Source: a virus (Duplodnaviria; Caudoviricetes). From it: a stretch of DNA of 64,000 nt. The stretch spans positions 55,579-119,578 of the IMG/VR virus record IMGVR_UViG_3300011008_000012; one strand, given 5' to 3'. Below are positions 50,464 to 58,982 of this stretch, piece by piece. The position numbers were made by a program, and so were the translations under genes. The notes beneath the pieces were generated by a model that saw only the letters and a program-made list of their open reading frames with translations, searched no databases and had not been told where the DNA came from. Numbering within the stretch: position 1 is the stretch's first letter; the number at the start of each line of letters is the position of its first letter.

Positions 50464-50640
50464 TTAGAAAGTCAACGTATCGGAAAGTAAATAGCTCGCA
50501 TCCGTTACAGCGAACATCAGAGACGGTTGATTGACAAAGACGTATATCCCGTTCTCGTTGTCTGATTTAAGCAGTGTAAAACCGCGTTTCAGAAATTCGT
50601 CTCTTGTATCCGGATTAAAGACATATATAAACTTTTCCAT
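50464..50640 (-). CDS. small hypothetical protein (58 aa, not in the ORF track)
   Basis: MEKFIYVFNPDTRDEFLKRGFTLLK...LTF; GAGGA SD; fills the portal-protease gap. Confidence 0.6.
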   Translation of the reverse strand: MEKFIYVFNPDTRDEFLKRGFTLLKSDNENGIYVFVNQPSLMFAVTDASYLLSDTLTF

Positions 50641-50641
50641 T

Positions 50642-52135
50642 TTACGTATCCTCTCTGCTCGCCTCTCCGCTATCAGTCAGATCACCGATTTCCTTTTCTG
50701 GAGCGCCGCCCTCGTCGGTCGCGCCATTGCTGTCATCACTCATTGTCGATGAGCTACGAAGCGGCTTGAACATCTTTGGAAGTCCAAGTACTTCATTTTC
50801 CAGATAGCTCATTGCATCCATCTCTGCCTGCCCAAGACCGTTGGCCGCACAGTAGTACGAGATCATCGGGATGCCATATTGACACGCCTTCAGGTATGAG
50901 TCGCTCATTTCCTTACGGTTGAATGGACTGCAATCAAGGAATGTAATGCGGAAATTCTTTCCGAATGATTGATATTGGATGTAGCGATTGACCATGTCCT
51001 CAATACTCTTTACGATCCCGAATGTAATAGCTTGGTCTGCCTTAATCGAAAGAAGTAAAGCATTTGCCGACGCCTTTGGGTTATTAAACAGCAGGGAAGA
51101 CACACCAGCCGCCGAAAACAGATTCTGCTCTGCCTCTGCAACCTCATCTGTATCACCGGTATTCGATTTCTCAAAACTGATCTTATTGACTGGCATAGGT
51201 GACAGAATCGAGCCGACCTCCTCTGGCAACACAGCGTCAAGATTTCTCCAGAACTCCTTTGCCTTATCCAGATCGATCGTCCAGTTTCCGTCCTTATCAA
51301 CTCCCAGCGTCATAACAATCATGGCATAGTTCTCCAACGCCGTTTTTGTCATACGGAGTTGTTTGTAATCCTCTATGTCATAAATCTCACGCAGGATACC
51401 TGCGAACGGAGGGACGGCATAATCGAGAATATCCGCATTGCACTTGATAGCAAACGATGTTGGCGCATCCAGCTCAATGAAACGTGTTGAGCGCTTCTTT
51501 GAGTACTCAAGATATTTCCGCCTAAATTCCTCTGGATAAAAGTCCAGAAGTTCCTTGTGTGCGTCAAAATATGAAAAATCAAATGTGACATTTGGAACAT
51601 TGTTCTCTATACACGAAATCGAGCAGTAATCGCTTGGCAACTGCTGGATCATAATACTGTCATTACCGACGTGCATAGTGCCATAGAAAACATCTTCACG
51701 CAGACACACCGTCAGAATCTTTGGAAATTGTGTCTTGATACTCATAGCAGACAGCGTATTGAGCACCTTGCGATAATTTCGATTTATACTCTTAACATTG
51801 GCCGATTTTGGGTCAATCCTGTATGGGGAAACGACATACGCCAAATCGGAAAGGCCAACAAAGTACTGAATAAGCCGCCTGAAATGGGAACTCGCTCCAT
51901 ATATATACGTCACGGCACGACGAAGCTGTTTCTCGTATTTATATGGATTAGACAGATATGTAGTGATATTGTCTTTGGAGTAAAGCGAGAATGTTGGCGT
52001 ATCTGTGTTGTTGTTCAGATCGCGTGTAATAAGTCTGTTGATAATAGCGAAACGATCTGACAATCCGAACATGCCGGAGAAATCATTCAGAGGCTTACCG
52101 CCAACTGTGATTACCTCTTCTGCCATATATTCCAT
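50642..52135 (-). CDS. portal protein
   Basis: 497 aa, directly after the large terminase. Confidence 0.78.
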   Translation of the reverse strand: MEYMAEEVITVGGKPLNDFSGMFGLSDRFAIINRLITRDLNNNTDTPTFSLYSKDNITTYLSNPYKYEKQLRRAVTYIYGASSHFRRLIQYFVGLSDLAYVVSPYRIDPKSANVKSINRNYRKVLNTLSAMSIKTQFPKILTVCLREDVFYGTMHVGNDSIMIQQLPSDYCSISCIENNVPNVTFDFSYFDAHKELLDFYPEEFRRKYLEYSKKRSTRFIELDAPTSFAIKCNADILDYAVPPFAGILREIYDIEDYKQLRMTKTALENYAMIVMTLGVDKDGNWTIDLDKAKEFWRNLDAVLPEEVGSILSPMPVNKISFEKSNTGDTDEVAEAEQNLFSAAGVSSLLFNNPKASANALLLSIKADQAITFGIVKSIEDMVNRYIQYQSFGKNFRITFLDCSPFNRKEMSDSYLKACQYGIPMISYYCAANGLGQAEMDAMSYLENEVLGLPKMFKPLRSSSTMSDDSNGATDEGGAPEKEIGDLTDSGEASREDT

Positions 52136-53885
52136 TCACCGCCTTTCCGCTATTGTTGTATTTCGGAGCTTTGATCACAAATGACTCCGTAGTCGCCACA
52201 TTTCTTGTCTTTCTGCCGAGCTTGGCATCAAGCATCGTGGCAACATAATAGTTATATGCAAGGCTGGAATATCTATCCTTACGCATACCTGACTTCTCAA
52301 ACACCTTTACCTTGCCGCCAGACTCGTCATGTTGTAGCTTGACAAGCTCGTCTATCAGCAAAGTAGTGTGAACATATGGCATACGCAGTTGCAGTTGTTC
52401 CGCTTGCGTCAGGGAATCATACCCTTTGATTTCCGATAACAGAGTTTCAGCATCGTACTCAGTTACCAGCAAACGAATACGGCCGCTCTTGAACCCCTCA
52501 CGGAGAAGAACGGCGCAGTTTGAGTTAAATGCAGAGCTGGCCTTGACAGACCAGATTACCTTGTCGGCGTTTGGAGATATACACCGCTCTGCCATGACTG
52601 GATCATTGCAGCATGATAGCGCCGGATATAGCTCACCTGTAATTGGATCACTTATATCACGAGCCAAAGTATCATACACGCCAAGTCCGACACCCTGGCA
52701 GTCAAGCACGATATAATCGCAATCATACTCGTCAAAGAGTTGGCGTATCATCAAAGCCTGATCCTCTGTGTGTAGACCCTCTACTGTGTCGCAATACACA
52801 ATATTGGACACATATCTGCCCGCCTTCGTAGGTAGCATCTGATTTATAAAGATAGCCGTAGCGTCGTTGTTATGGCGTTTGCTGGACATCAACGCAATAT
52901 CCGCAGACAGGATGCGGACCTCACCAACACGCTTTGGCTGAATTCTGATATATTGAGAATTTCCCAATTTCTCAGACAAATGGCTTGGCAACATGGCATA
53001 TTGAACATGCCTGTTTTTCGATACAGTATTATAGTCGAAGAACGAGCCGTCGCCTCCCCCCCAGAACATAGCGCCCATCTCCATGGCCCACTTGATTTCT
53101 GTAAAGTCGCTCTCGCTCATTTGCTCTTCAACAGATTTAATACTCAGAAGATCTTCCGAAACGGCAAGCTGCCATGGCAGACCACAAACAAATTCCGCAT
53201 GATCTGGAGACAGCATCATCCTGCACGCATCCGTACATCTTGTATAGCTCCAGTGATCCTTAAAGAATCCGGAAGACAAATACATCATGGAGTTCGGCTC
53301 TTTCTTCTTTTGTTCTGCCTTCTCAGCTCGTGTCAACGCAGAATATTTCGGCTCGCGTTCTGAAGAAAGAAAATGTCTCAATATCGTATCGATGACATCC
53401 TTCGGGACAAGCCTAAACTCATCGATCACAAGTACGTTCGCACGCCGCCCTCGGGCACTTTCGCCAGCAGTAACTACTTCGACATATGACGTATTCTTAA
53501 ACGCGATCATCGCGTTTGTGCCATTGATCTGTGTTGCCTTCCAATCTATCTCGTTTCTGAGCTCATCTGAATTTGGAGCCAACTCCATTGTGATCTTACG
53601 AAGTACCCCTATTGCCTGAGTTCGTGTTCCTGACGCGATAACGATTTTTTCGCCAGGATACAAAATTGCACGGAAACATATATATATCGCGCACAAAAAT
53701 GACTTTCCCTGTCCGCGGCTTGCGATATATACAAACACCGTGCTGATATTCATCATCGTGATGATTATTTTTTGAAAGAGCCTTAGTTCAATATGTAGAT
53801 AGTCTTTTACGAATCTGCTCGGATTGCTTCTGTAATATCCAGCCCAAGCAGCAGCACCACGCATGATGCGTTCATTCCGCGACAT
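52095..53885 (-). CDS. terminase large subunit
   Basis: ASRGQGKS, ARGRRANVLVIDEF and LSS in the ATPase domain; SADIA, DAT and KDRYSS in the nuclease domain. Confidence 0.93.
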   Translation of the reverse strand: MSRNERIMRGAAAWAGYYRSNPSRFVKDYLHIELRLFQKIIITMMNISTVFVYIASRGQGKSFLCAIYICFRAILYPGEKIVIASGTRTQAIGVLRKITMELAPNSDELRNEIDWKATQINGTNAMIAFKNTSYVEVVTAGESARGRRANVLVIDEFRLVPKDVIDTILRHFLSSEREPKYSALTRAEKAEQKKKEPNSMMYLSSGFFKDHWSYTRCTDACRMMLSPDHAEFVCGLPWQLAVSEDLLSIKSVEEQMSESDFTEIKWAMEMGAMFWGGGDGSFFDYNTVSKNRHVQYAMLPSHLSEKLGNSQYIRIQPKRVGEVRILSADIALMSSKRHNNDATAIFINQMLPTKAGRYVSNIVYCDTVEGLHTEDQALMIRQLFDEYDCDYIVLDCQGVGLGVYDTLARDISDPITGELYPALSCCNDPVMAERCISPNADKVIWSVKASSAFNSNCAVLLREGFKSGRIRLLVTEYDAETLLSEIKGYDSLTQAEQLQLRMPYVHTTLLIDELVKLQHDESGGKVKVFEKSGMRKDRYSSLAYNYYVATMLDAKLGRKTRNVATTESFVIKAPKYNNSGKAVNGIYGRRGNHSWR

Positions 53886-54874
53886 TATTGTTCTCCCTGT
53901 GTAACAGAGAAAATATCATTGAATAATGTCTCGTCGTTGTCTTCCTCGTATTCGTGGCGCTCTACCTGATATTTCTTAAGCTCTTCCTCGTACAGTTTGC
54001 AGTACGAATTTTTGATGCCAAGCATCTTGCACAGATGCCCGAGGAACCATATTGTGATGTACCTCACGATCCCATCTGCATCCTGTAACTCCGGATCTGG
54101 CTCCGGTACCGGGCGTTCATTTTCCCAACGCCTGATCCACACACCGAACGGCGTTTTCTCAAGCGTGGCGTCTGTATTCTCATTACCCTGCGCCGGTTTT
54201 AGCATTGCGCTTCCGAGCAGCGTATTAAGTGTCGTTTGCAGCTTGTCCACGGAGCTTCCAGACGCTCGTGCGCGGTTGATATCGATCTCCAACGAACATA
54301 TCTGGCGAAGAAGCGCTTCGAGCCCAACTGTCACATCCACACCGGATGGTAAATGATCCAGCCAATAATTTTTGCGTTGCTCAAGCTCAAAATAATCTTC
54401 CGGTTCATAGCCCGGACCCCAGAACGCTATTACCTCGTCCGACGGTTCATATCTAAGCTCGTCAACGTCGTCGCCCTGCTCTATCGCCGCCTGGGACTCG
54501 CCGGGCCATAGAGTACCCTCTTCCTCCAGCGTATCGTCATATGACTTTCCGGCATACTTCGCCACGCTGAGTTTTACGAGATAACCAGTCATGACAGTTC
54601 TTGCCGTCGCTGTTTTGATGGATTGCTCAAACAGTTGATCACTCCAATACAGATCCAGTTTTCTGCACATCTGTCTAGTCGCCTGCTTTTCGTCCTTGCA
54701 GTGATCCAGATATGTCGTGTACATATCGTCGATACACTCTTTGCAGTACGGAAGATACCCTGCCCCCTTGTAGAGGTATCCATAATTTACGGGAAAGTAT
54801 CCCTTCAACCTCCCGTATGATCGTCCGCACTTTCTGCATACCGCACTTGCTGCGTTGATCTCAATAGCGGGCAT
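53885..54874 (-). CDS. zinc-finger protein, candidate terminase small subunit
   Basis: CRKC...CKEC; immediately upstream of TerL. Confidence 0.5.
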   Translation of the reverse strand: MPAIEINAASAVCRKCGRSYGRLKGYFPVNYGYLYKGAGYLPYCKECIDDMYTTYLDHCKDEKQATRQMCRKLDLYWSDQLFEQSIKTATARTVMTGYLVKLSVAKYAGKSYDDTLEEEGTLWPGESQAAIEQGDDVDELRYEPSDEVIAFWGPGYEPEDYFELEQRKNYWLDHLPSGVDVTVGLEALLRQICSLEIDINRARASGSSVDKLQTTLNTLLGSAMLKPAQGNENTDATLEKTPFGVWIRRWENERPVPEPDPELQDADGIVRYITIWFLGHLCKMLGIKNSYCKLYEEELKKYQVERHEYEEDNDETLFNDIFSVTQGEQ

Positions 54875-55329
54875 CAGTCATTCTCGTCATAAATAGGATC
54901 TGGCAGCTTCGGGGCGTTATCGGCGTCTTTTTGAGTCATCTCATAGACGCGAGCTGCCATGCGCAAATCATTTCCAAAATGGAAGTTCGGTACAAGCCGT
55001 CCCTCCACCTCACACCATGTATCTGTGCCGACCTGCCTGATCTTCCTTGGAGCGCGTTTGCGGAGCCCAAGCGATCCGAAGCCCTTGATCGTCACACGCT
55101 CTCCATTCTTCAGCGCCTCTTCGATCGCCAAAAGGCAAGCGTCTACTATGCAGGCGACATCATCAACCGTGTACAACACCTGTTTGTCATCCTGCTTGAT
55201 AGTAAAATCGGCAGAGTTACCGTAATCATCAGAAATATGAAATACGGACTTCTTTACATAGACAGGCTTTTTTATCTCGTTTTCACGCAGAAGATTTGCA
55301 ACTCTGCGGATAAATTCATTCTTGTTCAT
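54874..55329 (-). CDS. HU/IHF-like DNA-binding protein
   Basis: MNKNEFI...GERVTIKGFGS...R..R...P.F..G..L. Confidence 0.85.
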   Translation of the reverse strand: MNKNEFIRRVANLLRENEIKKPVYVKKSVFHISDDYGNSADFTIKQDDKQVLYTVDDVACIVDACLLAIEEALKNGERVTIKGFGSLGLRKRAPRKIRQVGTDTWCEVEGRLVPNFHFGNDLRMAARVYEMTQKDADNAPKLPDPIYDEND

Positions 55330-55354
55330 TTAACCCTCTCATTCTGCACTGGAG

Positions 55355-56374
55355 TTATATATCTCCAAATCCCTTTTTCTCCGGTACGCTTATATCGCCG
55401 TCCTTAAAGAACATGGCGATCTTCTCGTCCTTCGGATTATCGTCATAGATTTTCAGCATCTCAGAGCTAGACCATCCGATAATATCAACCACAACGCTAT
55501 CCGGGATGCCAGCCCTGACGAGAAACGACACGTTTGCATGTCTGAGGCTATGCCAGTAGAAATCCCTTCCGGTCATGCGGCTGAACGTATACGTCCAACT
55601 ATTCAGAGTCGTCGTACTGATTTGTTCCTCCGGGTTAGACGGAGATACAAAAAGCCACTCGCTTGTAATGCCATGTTCCTCGCGATACTTCATCCAAAGG
55701 TCAAGATATGGCTGGAACTTCTTTGCAAGCGTGTAGCATTCCAGCATTTTGTTGCCCTTTGTCTTGATTGGCTTGCTCTTATACAGAGCGCCGTCGCAAA
55801 CAAGATGATCTTCTGTAAAATCATCTACACGGAAACGACACAGCTCAGCTTTCCGCCTTCCTCCGTATATCGCCAGAGCGACACAGCACGCCTTCTCATA
55901 CTCTTCCTTTTCAACGAGCTGAGCCAGAAGATCCTCCAGCTCCTCATCCTTCCAGACGGTCTTCTCACGGACCATATTCAAGGCGGGGTTCTCAATCTTC
56001 CGAACGATAGAACGGAACCCGGCATATTCGTCATCTTCGTCAAGAACATTCTCAACAAAATTTGACAAGCTGGATATGGCTGCCTTCAACCGCCTCACAC
56101 GAGCCGGACTGTTTTCGTTCTCGTTAATCAACCAGTTCTGATACGCAACAATGTCGCGCTTGGTTATATTCACGAAATCCTTATTCTTGGCGTGCAATAA
56201 CACCCAAACAAAGAATATTTTGAGATCAGAATCATATCCAACGAGAGTTCCCTCGCTCCTGCTCAAAGACTTCATGTAATCCAGGAACTCGTCCTTCAGC
56301 GCGATGTTATTCGGATTCACCTGCGCCAAGAGCTCTGGCGAGGTGATAGAATTCATCTTTGTCTTTCTTGGCAC
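55355..56374 (-). CDS. second tyrosine recombinase (no arm-binding domain)
   Basis: GRRKAEL, HSLRH, GW and IY. GGAGG SD with GTG start at 56374; the ORF-track start overlaps a tRNA. Confidence 0.85.
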   Translation of the reverse strand: MPRKTKMNSITSPELLAQVNPNNIALKDEFLDYMKSLSRSEGTLVGYDSDLKIFFVWVLLHAKNKDFVNITKRDIVAYQNWLINENENSPARVRRLKAAISSLSNFVENVLDEDDEYAGFRSIVRKIENPALNMVREKTVWKDEELEDLLAQLVEKEEYEKACCVALAIYGGRRKAELCRFRVDDFTEDHLVCDGALYKSKPIKTKGNKMLECYTLAKKFQPYLDLWMKYREEHGITSEWLFVSPSNPEEQISTTTLNSWTYTFSRMTGRDFYWHSLRHANVSFLVRAGIPDSVVVDIIGWSSSEMLKIYDDNPKDEKIAMFFKDGDISVPEKKGFGDI

Positions 56375-56402
56375 GCAAGTATCCTCCTTCATAACAAAAT
56401 AA

Positions 56403-56477
56403 TGGTGGGTTCTACCGGAATTGAACCAGTGTCCTCCGGGCTTCAACCGGATGCTTTACCAATTAAGCTAAGAGCCC
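56403..56477 (-). tRNA. tRNA-Phe(GAA)
   Basis: Cloverleaf GGGCTCT...TCCGG-TTGAAGC-CCGGA...TTCAATT...ACCA. Confidence 0.9.
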
Positions 56478-56481
56478 GTAA

Positions 56482-56569
56482 TGCAGTGACTCGGCGAGGA
56501 TGTAACATTCCCTCACAGCTTTAGATTAAAAACTATTTGCCTCGGAACCTACCCATTTGCGCCACTGCA
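56482..56569 (-). ncRNA. unidentified structured RNA between the two tRNAs
   Basis: 9-bp closing stem TGCAGTGGC/GTCACTGCA with internal hairpins. Confidence 0.4.
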
Positions 56570-56573
56570 AGAT

Positions 56574-56659
56574 TGGTCGGCGACGTTGGATTCGAACCAA
56601 CTGAGCCTATGGCACCTGATTTACAGTCAGGACCGCTTCCTAATACGGTATACTCGCCG
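56574..56659 (-). tRNA. tRNA-Tyr(GTA) with an atypical acceptor stem
   Basis: CCTGA-CTGTAAA-TCAGG, long variable arm, GTTGG-TTCGAAT-CCAAC, ACCA end. Confidence 0.8.
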
Positions 56660-56724
56660 ATACATCAACGGGGCGGTAAGTTGCCCCGTATTGTAAATAA
56701 TAATATTGTGTTGATGTGTAAAAA

Positions 56725-57900
56725 TTAAAGAGCAACATCGTAATAGCAACGGATGCCACTCTCGTCGCAAACGCAAACCATCTGTTCCGGCTTGCCAAAA
56801 ATGCGTTTTTGGATACAGAAGTCATCCATACCCAGGAAACTGCCAGCCATGACAGTTTTGATACCCTGTACTGTATCGATTTTATTGTGATGCTTATGCC
56901 CGGAAAGTACAGCATAGAGCGGGCGTCTTGCCATTGTCTGCAACGCCTGTACTTTGCTTTCGCTATTGTCGTAGTCTCCATGGACGCCAGCATAAGTCTT
57001 TCCGCGAATCGTTATCAGATACATAGTCGGATCAACTTTCTCGTCCGCGCCGATCTGGATGTTTTCAAAATTTTGCAGACGCGCAACAAGGTACCACTCC
57101 ACGAGGTCGTCAAGCCGCTCTGCAAGAAGCGCGTTGTCCTTGTTCGCCTCTATACGGCTATGGTTGCCAGCTACGCTGACAAACCTCACAGTGCGAAAAT
57201 GCTTGCTAAGCTCTGCCAAAAACTCGGCGATCAGCTCAGATACACCCGTGATCTGCTCAATCACATTCTCTTTGTTTGTCACTTGGATGGACCGATGAAT
57301 CGAGCCGGAGATAGCATCACCGTTCTGCCACACGATACAATTCTCGCTGTGGTGGGTTTCGGCGATATGTATAATTGAATCCAGATACTTGCGCATCATC
57401 TCTCTGCAAATATCGGAGTTGTATTCACCATAGTAGTTTGAATGACAGGCTCCATAGTGCAGGTCATTCAGAGATACGAGCAGATCGTTATCAGACAGTG
57501 CAATCTCTGCATATTCATAGTTGAGTTCCGGTAAATTGCCGGACATAACGGCGTCAGTCAGAATCTCATTCAGTTCTTCCTGCCGAGACCGCTCGCGAAG
57601 GAGCTTGTTCAGGGCGTTCCGCTGGTCGAAGAATCTATACCGTTCCTTCTGGAGCTCCATACGTCTGCCTTCGATCTCTGAGAGAGTGTGCCCGTCAAGA
57701 GTGGAGTCGCTATCGCGCTCTATCGCGTCGATAATCGACTTCATCCCATACATCCGCTTTCTGACTTCACTCGAACTGTAACAGTTACCCTCTCCAAAAA
57801 GCTGTTCACTCAGCTCCTCGTAATCCGCGTCGATCGTCTTATCGACCAGCTTACCTAAAACGATGTCGCGCATTTCCTTGTAAGTAATTGGCATATTCAT
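56725..57900 (-). CDS. calcineurin-like metallophosphoesterase
   Basis: DLHYG, GD.I.G, GNH, HGD and GHKHH motifs. Confidence 0.85.
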   Translation of the reverse strand: MNMPITYKEMRDIVLGKLVDKTIDADYEELSEQLFGEGNCYSSSEVRKRMYGMKSIIDAIERDSDSTLDGHTLSEIEGRRMELQKERYRFFDQRNALNKLLRERSRQEELNEILTDAVMSGNLPELNYEYAEIALSDNDLLVSLNDLHYGACHSNYYGEYNSDICREMMRKYLDSIIHIAETHHSENCIVWQNGDAISGSIHRSIQVTNKENVIEQITGVSELIAEFLAELSKHFRTVRFVSVAGNHSRIEANKDNALLAERLDDLVEWYLVARLQNFENIQIGADEKVDPTMYLITIRGKTYAGVHGDYDNSESKVQALQTMARRPLYAVLSGHKHHNKIDTVQGIKTVMAGSFLGMDDFCIQKRIFGKPEQMVCVCDESGIRCYYDVAL

Positions 57901-57901
57901 A

Positions 57902-58093
57902 TCACGCTCGCTTTCTATGTCTTGGCTTTGGACTCACCTGTCCTCGCAGACGCCGCAACATAGCCATAGCGGCGCGATCCTCTTCCATATAATAATGATG
58001 CCGCTTGGAATCCTGTTTCATCGTGCGAACGATCCCAATATGCGGAAACCTCATCGAAATAGCTTCTTTTTCTGCTGCATTGATAGCAACCAT
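57902..58093 (-). CDS. small basic hypothetical protein
   Basis: ATG at 58093 with GAAGGG SD. Confidence 0.55.
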   Translation of the reverse strand: MVAINAAEKEAISMRFPHIGIVRTMKQDSKRHHYYMEEDRAAMAMLRRLRGQVSPKPRHRKRA

Positions 58094-58220
58094 TAAAAAA
58101 ATCAGTCCCTTCAATTCAATTTGTGATTATCCTTATCATTAAGTACACCCCATCAAGTATGACTTAATCCCCTGCGTTGCAGGGGATTAAGCAATGCTAA
58201 TACTTCAAACAATTTCATTT

Positions 58221-58982
58221 TTAATTGCTTCTAATTCGCATAACAGAATTGATCGTTTGTTGCAGATATATTTTATACGCACATTCACGACAGTATTTTC
58301 TCTTCGGTCCAGTTTTAGTTTCCCTATCATCGTGCGTTGTTAATCCACAATTTTGGCACTTATAATACTCTTTGCCGTGATACATGAGGTACTGGTATCC
58401 GAGATTGCGAAAATCATCTATACGGATGGCAGTTTCGCCATCTTTGATAAACAAAACCTGTACACTGAGGTTATCGATCTTCTTGGAGAAGCGGATGAGT
58501 CCAAGTTCGTGGAGCTGATTGAACATAGCGCTCTGCCGCTTGATGGACGTATTGATGTTCGCCATATTCATGATCTCGTTATCCGGCGTGCTCACCCAGT
58601 AATCTGTTTTCGGCGATACGGCGTAGAAGTATTTTGCCAGGCACAAGAGTGTAAAAGCCAAACGGCGAAGCTGCTTACCGTCGATCGCATCAATGGTCTG
58701 CATTTCATTCTTGGTGATCTCGATATCGTCAATCATAATGAGCTGATACTTTGTTGCGTACTTGGCCGCATTATCAAGCGTTCCCGACCATGTGACAAGC
58801 GATATATTCGGATCAACGGACAGGAGAAACTCGTCCAGTTTCGCCCGCACTTCCTTTTTGGAGAAACCTTTGTATGTATAGTACTTTGCAATCCGCGACA
58901 GTGTTTCAAACGGTTTCTTCCCGAGCTCCTTATCGGCGATGGCGTTTTCAGCCCACTCATACTCGTTTAATACGATACTCAT
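58221..58982 (-). CDS. hypothetical protein with a C-terminal zinc finger; candidate transcription factor for the phage RNAP
   Basis: wHTH-like segment and CQNC...CREC; coupled to the RNAP gene. Confidence 0.55.
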   Translation of the reverse strand: MSIVLNEYEWAENAIADKELGKKPFETLSRIAKYYTYKGFSKKEVRAKLDEFLLSVDPNISLVTWSGTLDNAAKYATKYQLIMIDDIEITKNEMQTIDAIDGKQLRRLAFTLLCLAKYFYAVSPKTDYWVSTPDNEIMNMANINTSIKRQSAMFNQLHELGLIRFSKKIDNLSVQVLFIKDGETAIRIDDFRNLGYQYLMYHGKEYYKCQNCGLTTHDDRETKTGPKRKYCRECAYKIYLQQTINSVMRIRSN

